A stretch of 32,000 nucleotides of DNA, taken from assembly GCA_046497275.1 (NCBI GenBank), contig JAWOFX010000176.1:1-32000 (forward strand). The letters are read 5' to 3'. The DNA is from Promethearchaeia archaeon (GTDB lineage Archaea > Asgardarchaeota > Lokiarchaeia > Sigyniarchaeales > SOKP01). The notes below the pieces were generated by a model that was not told the DNA's origin, searched no databases, and worked only from the letters and a program-made list of their open reading frames with translations. The position numbers and the translations under genes are program-made. Shown here piece after piece: positions 16,895 through 26,441 of this stretch; the stretch's first letter is position 1; every line of letters begins with the position of its first letter.

Positions 16895-19534
16895 TCAAGA
16901 TTCTTTATTATCACTATTAATTTTCGCTTCTGGAATTTGTAAATTGGTTATTTTCTGAGGTTCTGTATTATATCCATTTTTTTCCATAATATTATATAGT
17001 TTTTCTGTATTCTTCTTTAAGGAGGATTCCATTATCTCTTCAGCAAGTAACACATATGAGAATCCAGTTAAGAAAGGAATACCCCAAAAAAATACTAATG
17101 TCATAAAAAACCCAAAAACTATATTCATAACTTCTCCTTGAAAAAATCCTGAAAAATCTACAGTTGAGAAAAATTGAATGAAAGTAATTATCGCAGAGAT
17201 TCCTGCTACTCCCTTAATTATGCTCTGAGCCCAAATACTGATTGGTTCTATATCCGCTGGCTGACGATGGCTTTTAGGCTGGCGAAAATACACTAATCCG
17301 GTATCATCTAATAGGAAGTTCCCCGATATGAAAAACGAGAATACAATATAGGTTAATATCATTGGTAAGATGCAGAGTAAATTGAAGCCTACTATAAAAT
17401 TGAAAAATTTTTCAGTTGCAAATTGATCAAATCCCGTTGGATATCCTAAAATGGGGGCTATAGTATTATAAGTATAGAAACCTATCGCGATAGATAATAA
17501 CAAAGGTAAAAGAATTCTTTTTAATTTTAATAATAATCCTAACTCATCTCTTCCTTCCATATCTAGCACAATTATATCATTATAGTATCTTTTCGAAATT
17601 TTGAATGAGAGATCTCTCAACTTTATAAAGAAATAAGCAAAGTTTGGGGCGAAATAATTGTAAATAGCAGCGGTGAGAGGTAATAAAGTATACCAAATTA
17701 TGGTTGTGGTCAAATATACTGTCGAAATTTGAGTCATATAATGTCCAGTTATTAATGTCTGGTTAAACACATTGATTTGAAGTAAGAACAATAAAAATGT
17801 TAAAGTCATGAGAGAGATGATCACAATGTTTACAATTACTGCCAATTTTCGTTTCTTTAAGTTTTGAAGCACTTCTCCGCGCCTAACTTTGAGTCTTTTA
17901 CCATTTCGTATTACCAGATACAATCCAATTAATAGCATCGCAATTATGATAATAAAAACAGGAATCCCTAGGGGGAAAATGTTTGAAAGAAATATAGGAG
18001 TTGGGGCTTGCGAAGATAATGTCATAATTGATTGCCAACTGAAAATCAGAAGATCATTTTCACCATCTCCGTCGAAATCCTCCATTGTTTGCCATGTGTC
18101 AGCCCATTGATCTGTATTTATAATTGCTAAATTTTTTTTAGTGAGTGGATTGATGATATAATATCGAGTAACATCATTTGGGGAGAGTAATGGATAATGA
18201 GGTTTCATTAAGACAATTTCACCTAAAGAATCATCATCAAGATCCTCATTAAGGGGGAATATTTTTGCTTCTCCATTAGAAAATACTTGTTCGTATTCCC
18301 AGAGGTATTCTTCACTGAAATTATAAGAATCAATTTCTTGTATAAAAGCCTTAATTTTATTCGTTCTTGGTTCTTTATAACCCCTTAATAATATAAGGAT
18401 GTAGGTTTTATTATTATCTTCTGTGTATCTCAGTTCATTAATTGTAGCATCATGATAATCAAAATCATCATCATTAGTTATATTATACGAAGCTCTGAGA
18501 GATCCATCTATTCCATCATAAATACTTAGATTCAACCCTTCATTTTCAAAATATTTAGTAAAAATAAGAAATTCATCAGTACCATCCTCATTTTGATCCT
18601 TAATTATCCTAAAATCTGATATCTGTTGTTGAAAACTTGCTATTAGGGAACTATATATCGGATTGAATGGTTCTAAGGTAGTTCGATTTAAAAGAGCAAA
18701 TTTAGCATGATCAATATACATAATATGTTCCTCTCCATGATGTAAAAATAATTCTAACCGTGGTAAATTATTTTCTACGTAAAAACCATGTGAATCGTAT
18801 TCCGAACTCATATAATAATTTAGTTTCTGCGTCCCATTTATAAAATAACTTGTTATATTAACATCATAGTTATCGAAACCTTCTATCGAACCATTAAAAA
18901 ACTCTAAACAAATTAAATCCTCTGCTCCATCCTCAAAATTATCGAAACTCAACAAATCAATAAAACCAGTTTTTGGAAAGTCTTCAGATGGCCCATATAT
19001 TAGATCTGAACCATTCTTACCTGATATAATCTTATTCGTGAATTGATCAATGAACATATATGCTCTCCAATCACCTCCTCCATTATGGGAATCAAAATAC
19101 CAACTTTCATTCACTTTAGCAACATTTATGAAGTAATCTTGAATCGCATCCCCATCTAAATCAGGTATTGGAAATACTTTTTTTACTGGTCCTTGGAAGG
19201 ATTTATTCCATATGGTCTTTCCTTTTAAACCATTAATTGCAACTATAGCACCATATTGAGGTGTATCATATAATATTTCGTCTGAATTCTCTCTATAATC
19301 GATATCTGCATAGGAGATAATATCTCTTTTTCCATCACCATTAATATCATCTGTTTCAAATCCTTTTAAATTGATTGAATAGGTTCCTTGAAGATCATCC
19401 CAGAACCAACCGGGTTGTAGCTCCATTTGAGTGATGAAGATCATACTTAACCCTCCCAAAACCAAAAAAGAAATTCCTACAAGTAACCAATTTATAGGCT
19501 GTGATTGTGTTTTTTTATTCTTACTTAAATTCAT
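16895..19534 (-). CDS. Membrane protein: N-terminal anchor, extracellular FG-GAP/VCBS-like beta-propeller and about 7 C-terminal TM helices
   Basis: DxDxDG-type motifs at aa 63, 125, 198, 313, 431 and 486; 10 N-glycosylation sequons in aa 140-410; hydrophobic segments at about aa 15-35, 521-543, 565-587, 607-629, 674-696, 714-738, 772-790 and 803-830. Confidence 0.75.
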   Translation of the reverse strand: MNLSKNKKTQSQPINWLLVGISFLVLGGLSMIFITQMELQPGWFWDDLQGTYSINLKGFETDDINGDGKRDIISYADIDYRENSDEILYDTPQYGAIVAINGLKGKTIWNKSFQGPVKKVFPIPDLDGDAIQDYFINVAKVNESWYFDSHNGGGDWRAYMFIDQFTNKIISGKNGSDLIYGPSEDFPKTGFIDLLSFDNFEDGAEDLICLEFFNGSIEGFDNYDVNITSYFINGTQKLNYYMSSEYDSHGFYVENNLPRLELFLHHGEEHIMYIDHAKFALLNRTTLEPFNPIYSSLIASFQQQISDFRIIKDQNEDGTDEFLIFTKYFENEGLNLSIYDGIDGSLRASYNITNDDDFDYHDATINELRYTEDNNKTYILILLRGYKEPRTNKIKAFIQEIDSYNFSEEYLWEYEQVFSNGEAKIFPLNEDLDDDSLGEIVLMKPHYPLLSPNDVTRYYIINPLTKKNLAIINTDQWADTWQTMEDFDGDGENDLLIFSWQSIMTLSSQAPTPIFLSNIFPLGIPVFIIIIAMLLIGLYLVIRNGKRLKVRRGEVLQNLKKRKLAVIVNIVIISLMTLTFLLFLLQINVFNQTLITGHYMTQISTVYLTTTIIWYTLLPLTAAIYNYFAPNFAYFFIKLRDLSFKISKRYYNDIIVLDMEGRDELGLLLKLKRILLPLLLSIAIGFYTYNTIAPILGYPTGFDQFATEKFFNFIVGFNLLCILPMILTYIVFSFFISGNFLLDDTGLVYFRQPKSHRQPADIEPISIWAQSIIKGVAGISAIITFIQFFSTVDFSGFFQGEVMNIVFGFFMTLVFFWGIPFLTGFSYVLLAEEIMESSLKKNTEKLYNIMEKNGYNTEPQKITNLQIPEAKINSDNKES

Positions 19535-19662
19535 ATTAAATAAATATTCGGTTAGAAGTTATTAAATCTGTGCTTGAAATAAGAGTACATGGTTTTAAAC
19601 TATAAGAATAGAGTTAAAGTTATATAAAATAGATTAAATTAATTAGGGCTTCTATAAGAATA

Positions 19663-20856
19663 TTACCTGAAAGGATATAAATTCGTAAAGGAACTACATC
19701 CTTTCCCTATTTCTGGAGTCATTCTTCCGATAATTCTGAAAATAATTCCTTCTCTACCACATTCTTCGCATTTATTAAAATCTACAATTTCAATAATATC
19801 ATCAAGTAAAATAGCAACTCCTGCGTAAGAATTTACACCATAAGGAGTTATAAATTCTGCTACACCAGGTTCGTTAACTTTATTAATTCTCTCTAAACTA
19901 TCCATATCTCTAAGAATCATATAAGCTTTCTCCTTTTCAAGATGAAAAAGAAAATCTTGATATTTTTCACTCCAATGCCCTCCACAAGCCACTGGAATTT
20001 CGGTAGCTCCATAATTATCAATAATATTTTGATAAGGAATGTTAAAGAAATCTGAAACTTTTTCCATAAATTCTGATTTTTCGACTGGATTCTCAAGTTT
20101 AACCCTTCCTTTTACTCCTTGCCAACCGCCTCCTCCTAACTGAACTCTAAAGCTATTATCCATATCAAAACCAGTTTTATATTTTTTTTTATAATCCATG
20201 AAATTCTTATACATGAGAGGCACAGAATTAGCAATTAAGGTGGGAGTTTTATTCTCTTCAACCTCTTTGAGAGCTTTTTTCATTTTCTTAGCATTAATTT
20301 CGATAAAAGCTTTTGGCTTAAAATGAGTAATGAAATAGAGGATAAATTTCAATTTTTTAAATTCTAAAAGATAATCTATATCATAATCTTCCCAAATTTC
20401 CGCTATATCACGATAAAAGAGATAACCACGCTTTCCTAACCATTCCCCGGGCATTCTGTTCATAAATGCAATAGAAGGGGCGAATAGAATCAATCTCTTA
20501 ATATTTTTCATATTTGAATAATCTTCAAATACATCCTTATAATTTTTCTTAAAAACTTCTATATCTTTTGGTCCTCTGCCAACTACACTAGGATCTCCTG
20601 ACGTAGATGAACTAATAGTCCAATGTGATAATTCTTCAAGAGGAATTCTTAACAGTTGGTCAAAAGTCCCATTAGATTCTTTGAAATAATTCCAATTGAC
20701 AAAGGGGATTTCTTCCAAATTTGATTCTTTGACAGTTTGGTCGAAATTATAATCTTTCTCTTCGCATAAATTTCTATAAAATTCACATTCTTCAGCAGTT
20801 TTCTTTATTTCAATTCTGAGATCGTTAAAAAACGAATCTGATGAGCTCTCATTCAT
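19663..20856 (-). CDS. LuxE-like acyl-protein synthetase / ANL-superfamily ligase
   Basis: ISSSTSGDPS (P-loop-like), LGGGGWQG, DNYGATE, LLDDI and FRIIGRM...GKGCS, all typical of the LuxE family. Confidence 0.75.
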   Translation of the reverse strand: MNESSSDSFFNDLRIEIKKTAEECEFYRNLCEEKDYNFDQTVKESNLEEIPFVNWNYFKESNGTFDQLLRIPLEELSHWTISSSTSGDPSVVGRGPKDIEVFKKNYKDVFEDYSNMKNIKRLILFAPSIAFMNRMPGEWLGKRGYLFYRDIAEIWEDYDIDYLLEFKKLKFILYFITHFKPKAFIEINAKKMKKALKEVEENKTPTLIANSVPLMYKNFMDYKKKYKTGFDMDNSFRVQLGGGGWQGVKGRVKLENPVEKSEFMEKVSDFFNIPYQNIIDNYGATEIPVACGGHWSEKYQDFLFHLEKEKAYMILRDMDSLERINKVNEPGVAEFITPYGVNSYAGVAILLDDIIEIVDFNKCEECGREGIIFRIIGRMTPEIGKGCSSFTNLYPFR

Positions 20857-21047
20857 AATTAAATAAATATGTAATTTAATAAAAATTTTAATTATTTAAA
20901 GAGGTAATAGTTTAAATATAGTGTGTTAAAATTTTGAATAAATGAATTTTCAGAATATTCTTATTATTAATCCTTGCTTAAATTTAAATAGCTTTTAAGC
21001 AAACTTATAATCTAATAAATAAAAAAAAATATAGATTCATAAATAAA

Positions 21048-21458
21048 ATGTTGAATATTATAATAGCAATTTTACAAATATTGCTTGCCTTAGGATTTAT
21101 TGGCTTTTGGATTTTTTTCTTCGTAGTTGAGAATAGAAATCCTGAAAATACTGAAATTTACTTAGCTTTCGAACGCTCATTCCCGGTACCTGACTTAGGA
21201 TGGATTACACCATGCTTATTTGTAGCTGCTATAGGATTAATTTTAGATGAAACTTTTGGAATTTTTTTTACCATTATTGCAGGCAGCGCATTGATATTTT
21301 TAGGTTTATTGGACATATCCTTTAATATCCAAAATGGAGGATATAAAAAATCCCCTTCTGAAACAATCATGAACTTGTTTATTAATCTTATATGTGTAAT
21401 ATTGGGGCCAGTTTTTCTTTGGTATGCATGGAGCATTATTTCTACCATAAAAATATGA
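21048..21458 (+). CDS. Hypothetical 4-TM membrane protein
   Basis: Four hydrophobic segments with conserved-looking polar motifs FERSFP.PD and LLDISFN; stop codon overlaps the next ATG (ATGA 21455-21458). Confidence 0.8.
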   Translation: MLNIIIAILQILLALGFIGFWIFFFVVENRNPENTEIYLAFERSFPVPDLGWITPCLFVAAIGLILDETFGIFFTIIAGSALIFLGLLDISFNIQNGGYKKSPSETIMNLFINLICVILGPVFLWYAWSIISTIKI

Positions 21459-22333
21459 ATAGAAGTGAGATTATGACTAAGAAAAAATTATTAAAAAAGC
21501 AACCGTTCAAAGATAAAAGTGCAATTATATGCGGAGCTAGTGAGGGTTTGGGCTTAGCTACAGCAAAAGAGTTTGTGAAATTAGGAGGAAGTGTATGTAT
21601 TAATGCTCGAAGAGAAGAGAAGTTGAATAGTGCTAAATCGGAATTAGAAACCTTAATATCAGATGAATCTCAATACATTGAATCAATCTCATGTGATGCC
21701 ACAGAGATGATAAAATTAAAACCATTAATCGAGGAGTTCATAAAAAAAAGAGGAGTTCCAGATTATTTAATAAATGTAGTAGGTATGGCAATGCCTGAGT
21801 ATATCGAGAATTTATCACTTGAGGATTTTAAAAAACAAATGGATGTAAATTATTATGGTCAAGTTGTTCCAACCTTAATTTTACTCCCACATTTTATAGA
21901 AAGAAGAAAAGGTCATATTTCGTTCGTTTCTTCTGCTGGGGCTTTTCTTGGTCTCATTGGATATGCCGCATATACTCCAACAAAAGCAGCACTCTTAGGA
22001 TTTGCTGAAGTTTTAAAAAATGAACTATCACCCTACAAAATAGATATTTCTGTTATATTACCCGGTGATATGGACACAGAAGGTTTTAAAAGAGAGAATG
22101 AATCAAAACCAGAAGAAAATAAAATAATTTCAGAAAAAAGTAAACTGATGCCACCAGAAGAAGTTGCTGAATCTTTTGTAGAAGGAATCCTGGATAAAGA
22201 TTTTTATATCACTCCCGGAGATGTGGGTTTTTTGTTTTGGGCAAAAAGGCACCTCCCCAAATTGGTTTTTAATATCCTTGATAAAGATCTTAAGAAAGCC
22301 AGAAAAAAATTAGGAAAAAACACAGATTATTAA
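21455..22333 (+). CDS. SDR, KDSR/TSC10 (3-ketodihydrosphingosine reductase)-like subfamily
   Basis: CGASEGLG, NARR (NADP-type), FVSS, YAAYTPTK and PGDMDTEGFKRENESKPEENKIISE resembling the KDSR-specific segment. Start moved from 21392 to ATG 21455 (or 21473). Confidence 0.8.
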   Translation: MNRSEIMTKKKLLKKQPFKDKSAIICGASEGLGLATAKEFVKLGGSVCINARREEKLNSAKSELETLISDESQYIESISCDATEMIKLKPLIEEFIKKRGVPDYLINVVGMAMPEYIENLSLEDFKKQMDVNYYGQVVPTLILLPHFIERRKGHISFVSSAGAFLGLIGYAAYTPTKAALLGFAEVLKNELSPYKIDISVILPGDMDTEGFKRENESKPEENKIISEKSKLMPPEEVAESFVEGILDKDFYITPGDVGFLFWAKRHLPKLVFNILDKDLKKARKKLGKNTDY

Positions 22334-22342
22334 TTTTTTTTT
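22334..22342 (+). terminator. Oligo-T (T9) terminator after the KDSR-like gene
   Basis: T9 immediately after the stop codon, followed by further T-rich sequence. Confidence 0.45.
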
Positions 22343-22385
22343 ATTTTATTTAAGAATCTTATTACATTTTAACTAAAAGATAAGA

Positions 22386-22769
22386 TTAATCTCCTTTTTT
22401 CACTACACCCGAGAATTCAGAGAACTGTTTAAATATTTTGGGGTCTTTTCCTTCAATTTTCGCAAAAACATTTACAGCTGACGCCGCTTTTGGCTTATCA
22501 CTTGTACTTGCGGGAGTTTTTCCAAAAAATATACAGAAACCGCTTCCACTCATCCAATAACCAACATCTCCAACTTCACATTCTAATTGTGAGTTTTCTG
22601 CATCAATCTCAACAGGAATAGGCCCATATAATTCTTCACCCCATCTTGAGAGGTTAATTTCAAAGGGTAAGAAATCCCAAATAACTTTGCAAGTTTTCGG
22701 ATTTTTTTCTTTCAATAATATTGCTTTAATTTCTCCAATCTCTTCATTTTCAATTATTATATATTCCAT
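22386..22769 (-). CDS. Cyclophilin-like fold protein (DUF369 family)
   Basis: RWGEELY..IPV, VGDVGYW..G.GFCIFFGKTPAS and AASAVNVFAKI. Confidence 0.88.
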   Translation of the reverse strand: MEYIIIENEEIGEIKAILLKEKNPKTCKVIWDFLPFEINLSRWGEELYGPIPVEIDAENSQLECEVGDVGYWMSGSGFCIFFGKTPASTSDKPKAASAVNVFAKIEGKDPKIFKQFSEFSGVVKKGD

Positions 22770-22880
22770 TTCTAAAAACTCTCTATTTATTTGAGAAAAT
22801 TTAATAAACCCAACTAAATAAGGATTATTTTTTTAAAATATTAAAAGATTTAAATTCAAGAAACTCTAAATTATGATATA

Positions 22881-23300
22881 TTGAATAAACCAAAATTAGA
22901 GGTGAAAAATTTGGATAAAGAGACCTATTATGTATATTTGTTTAAGATTGGTGGGATATTTAACTGGATTATGGCTTTATCATTTTTGATTTTGAGTCTT
23001 ATTTTACCAAATGTTTTTGAATTATTTGGATCATCACAGCCACCGACATTGTTTTTTTTACATTCATTATTAGGATTAATTTTTGTATATGGAATTGGAT
23101 ATTTTATTGTAGGTATGGATATCAATAAAAATCGGGGATGCGTTTGGTTAGGAATATTAAGTAAGCTGACATTTTTTAGTTTTTGTGTGATATATTTCGC
23201 AGTAGGAGATTTAACATTCATAATAGTTTTATTGGGAACCTTGGATTTCATATTTGCATGTCTATTTATTGAGTTTTTAGTCAATTATAAGCAAAAATGA
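22881..23300 (+). CDS. Hypothetical 4-TM membrane protein
   Basis: Four hydrophobic segments (GGIFNW, FVYGIGY, GILSK, GTLDFIFA); TTG start. Confidence 0.7.
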   Translation: MNKPKLEVKNLDKETYYVYLFKIGGIFNWIMALSFLILSLILPNVFELFGSSQPPTLFFLHSLLGLIFVYGIGYFIVGMDINKNRGCVWLGILSKLTFFSFCVIYFAVGDLTFIIVLLGTLDFIFACLFIEFLVNYKQK

Positions 23301-23395
23301 GCATTTGAAAACCAATATGAAGATTTATTACTTATTTTTTTTTATTTCTTTTAATCAGATAAGCTTACTTAATTCATTATTAAAGGATATAACAT

Positions 23396-25426
23396 ATGAA
23401 TGAAAATCAAAATTCAAAGAACCATTCAGAGTTTCCATTTAGAGATGAAAACTTTAGTGTTGAAGAGAGAATCGAAGATTTATTGAAGAGATTAACTATA
23501 AAGGAAAAATTTAAATTATTAACTGGACGCCATCAATGGGAAACAAAACCTATTAAGAGATTAGGAATTGAACCTTTTTTAATGACTGATGGACCACATG
23601 GAGTAGCACCCCATAGTTCTGGAGGGAGGGAATGTACATATTTTCCAGTAGGGATCTGCAGAGCCGCTACTTGGAATCCAAGCCTTTCTTTTGAATTTGG
23701 AAAAGCCTTAGCCGAAGAAGTTAGAGAAATCGGTGCTCATATGATTTTAGGTCCAGGAGTAAATATTGACAGAACACCGCTTTGTGGTCGAACATTTGAA
23801 TATCAAACAGAGGATCCTTATCTAAATAAAAAATTAGCATTACCAGTTATAAAAGGAGTTCAGGGTGAAAGAATTGCAGCATGTGTTAAACATTACATTT
23901 GCAATAATCAAGAAAAGAATAGATATACATACAGTGCAGTCGTTAGTCAAAGAGCATTGGAGGAAATTTATTTCCCTGCATTTAAAGCGGCTGTGAAGGA
24001 AGCAGATGTTTGGTCTGTTATGGGATCATATAACAAAATAAATGGGATTTATGGATGTGCTCATGAAGAATTAATTAAAAGAAATCTTATGGAAAAATGG
24101 GGATTTAGAGGGTTTGTTGTAAGCGATTGGAATGCAACACACAATATAGAAAATGTTGAGGATTGTGTTAAAGCTGGATTATCCTTAGAAATGCCTCGAG
24201 CAAAGATATATAAACGCCGATATTTAGAAGAGGCTTTTTCTAAAGGACTTTTTGAAGAAAGAGATTTAGATGAAGATATAAAGCGTCTCTTAAGAGTAAT
24301 GTTCTTGGTGGGAATATTTGACAAAAAAGAAAGTTTACCATTAGGATGTAGAAATACTGCTGAACATAAAAATATCTCTAGAAAAATTGCCGAAGAGGGG
24401 ATTGTTCTTCTTAAAAATGAGGGGGGATTACTTCCTTTAGATGCAAATAAAATTAAGACAATTTCAATAAAGGGATCTAATGCAGATAGAGAATTTGCAA
24501 AGGGCGGTGGGAGTTCTGCCGTAAAACCTCCTTATGAAATCACCCCATTTGAAGGCATAAGACAGAAAATAGCTAGAAATATTAAAGTAATTGACGATGA
24601 ATCTCAAGCTGATGTAGTAGTATTAGTACTTGGACTCAATCATGAAGAGAATAATGATATTGAGAATTGGGACAGAAATTCTCTTGAATTACCTCAAAAT
24701 CAATTAAACTTAATCGATCAAGTTGCTAAACAAAATGAGAAGATTATTATAGTATTAATTAATGGTAGTCCAATTACAATGGATAATTGGATTGATAAAG
24801 TAGACGCAATAATAGAAGCATGGTATCCCGGCCAGGAAGGCGGGAAAGTAATCGCAGATATAATTTTTGGAGATGTCAATCCTTCTGGAAAATTACCGCT
24901 CACTTTTCCTAAAAGGCTAGAGGATTCTCCTGCTCATATTTCTGAGAAAAGATATCCAAGCAATAAAAAGGTTATCTATGATGAGGGTATTTTTGTGGGT
25001 TATCGTTACTTTGATAAATATAGTATTGAACCATTATTTCCATTTGGTTTTGGTTTATCTTATACTTCTTTTAAATATACAAATCTCAATATTAGTAAAA
25101 ATCAAATTAAAGATACTGAGGAATTAGAAATCTCTCTCGAAATAGAAAATATTGGTGATAAATCGGGGGCAGAAATCATTCAATTATATATCCAAGAGAT
25201 AAATCCTAAAGTGGAACGTCCTCTAAAAGAGCTAAAAAGATTTAAAAAAGTGTTTTTAACTTCAAGGAATAATAAAGAAATAAATTTTGGAATAAATAAG
25301 GATGATTTAGCATATTTCGATGAGGAGTTGAATTCTTGGAATACAAATGAAGGAAAATACAATATTTTAATAGGAAGTTCTTCTCGTGATATAAAACTGC
25401 AAAAATCGTTTGAATATAAAAAATAA
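23396..25426 (+). CDS. GH3 beta-glucosidase/xylosidase with C-terminal fibronectin III-like domain, cytoplasmic
   Basis: MTDGPHG, GRTFEY..EDP, KHYICNNQE, VMGSYN, VVSDW (nucleophile Asp), WYPGQEGG, PSGKLP.TFP, EGIFVGYRY and FPFGFGLSYT; no signal peptide. Confidence 0.95.
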   Translation: MNENQNSKNHSEFPFRDENFSVEERIEDLLKRLTIKEKFKLLTGRHQWETKPIKRLGIEPFLMTDGPHGVAPHSSGGRECTYFPVGICRAATWNPSLSFEFGKALAEEVREIGAHMILGPGVNIDRTPLCGRTFEYQTEDPYLNKKLALPVIKGVQGERIAACVKHYICNNQEKNRYTYSAVVSQRALEEIYFPAFKAAVKEADVWSVMGSYNKINGIYGCAHEELIKRNLMEKWGFRGFVVSDWNATHNIENVEDCVKAGLSLEMPRAKIYKRRYLEEAFSKGLFEERDLDEDIKRLLRVMFLVGIFDKKESLPLGCRNTAEHKNISRKIAEEGIVLLKNEGGLLPLDANKIKTISIKGSNADREFAKGGGSSAVKPPYEITPFEGIRQKIARNIKVIDDESQADVVVLVLGLNHEENNDIENWDRNSLELPQNQLNLIDQVAKQNEKIIIVLINGSPITMDNWIDKVDAIIEAWYPGQEGGKVIADIIFGDVNPSGKLPLTFPKRLEDSPAHISEKRYPSNKKVIYDEGIFVGYRYFDKYSIEPLFPFGFGLSYTSFKYTNLNISKNQIKDTEELEISLEIENIGDKSGAEIIQLYIQEINPKVERPLKELKRFKKVFLTSRNNKEINFGINKDDLAYFDEELNSWNTNEGKYNILIGSSSRDIKLQKSFEYKK

Positions 25427-25449
25427 ATGAATTAAAAAGGATTTATCAA

Positions 25450-26334
25450 TTAGTCTTGATTTTTTTTATCATAAATCTCTTTTTTGGATTCTTCAATATT
25501 AATGAGTAATTTTCCTACTAAGCGGTGACTAAAGATTTGCAAGAAAGAAATAATCCACCACCATCTAGGAACGAAGATTTCCCTTTTATACTTTCGAGAT
25601 GCTTTTAGAACTCTTTCCGCGATATCTTTAGGTTCTATAAGTTTGTAAAGTCCACCTTTTTCCTCGTAAGCTTGAACCCATTCTCTTAAAGCAGGGTCCG
25701 AATCCCAGAATCTAGATTTCGTGGGAGCTGGACAAACAGTAATTACTTCTATTCCTTGATCAGCCATACGATATTCTCTTCTTAATGAATCTGCTAATCC
25801 TACAATCGCAAACTTACTTGCGCAATAAGCACCCATATTTGGAACACCCGTTTTTCCTCCAGAGCTGGAAGTAAAAATTAATTGACCTTCTCTTCGATTG
25901 GGATTTTCTTTAGTTGGGGTGGGATGTCCTATATATGGAAGTGCTGCTTGAAGGACTAACCACATTCCATCGACATTTATTGACATTATCTTTCTATATT
26001 CTTCAAATGTTCCTCCATTCGTGATTGAAACCATTTTACCAATTCCAGCATTATTATGAATTATATCTATATATTTTTCCTTTTTCCCAATGGATTTTAT
26101 TACACTTTTCACTTCTTCTTGATTCGTAACATCCATTTCCATTATATCGACACTCTCTGCTCCCAGCTCATCTAATTCTTTTTTTAAACTACTTAAATCT
26201 GCTCCAGGAATATCTAAAAGATACATTCGCATCCCTAAGGGCGCAAATACTCGACAAACTTCTGAACCTATATCTCCTCCCGCGCCGGTTATTACAAATA
26301 CTTTTCCTTTATACCAATTCTTTTTATGTCCCAT
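25450..26334 (-). CDS. Classical SDR oxidoreductase
   Basis: TGAGGDIG, LLDI, NNAG, FTSS, YCASK and VCPAP. Confidence 0.9.
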   Translation of the reverse strand: MGHKKNWYKGKVFVITGAGGDIGSEVCRVFAPLGMRMYLLDIPGADLSSLKKELDELGAESVDIMEMDVTNQEEVKSVIKSIGKKEKYIDIIHNNAGIGKMVSITNGGTFEEYRKIMSINVDGMWLVLQAALPYIGHPTPTKENPNRREGQLIFTSSSGGKTGVPNMGAYCASKFAIVGLADSLRREYRMADQGIEVITVCPAPTKSRFWDSDPALREWVQAYEEKGGLYKLIEPKDIAERVLKASRKYKREIFVPRWWWIISFLQIFSHRLVGKLLINIEESKKEIYDKKNQD

Positions 26335-26441
26335 AATTTTTTCACCTCTATTTTAATATAATCAATTTTTCTATGACAAGCGATAATTTAAATTTATTTT
26401 TCAAACTAATAATAATTTTATTCAATTAGCAGAATTTATAA

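Noticed and set aside
21392-21454. Upstream extension of the KDSR-like ORF overlapping the 4-TM gene
   Set aside because: The ATGA overlap at 21455 (or ATG 21473 with a GTGAG RBS) is a much more typical start.
1979-25362. Short antisense or overlapping ORFs in the track (1979-2194, 2938-3126, 3641-3829, 6150-6347, 8631-9107, 9144-9407, 11750-12028, 12401-12649, 13488-13748, 14746-15021, 17889-18110, 21158-21448, 22928-23284, 24061-24324, 24718-24903, 25180-25362)
   Set aside because: All lie opposite well-supported genes and have the S/F/I/L-rich composition typical of shadow ORFs in AT-rich DNA; no motifs.
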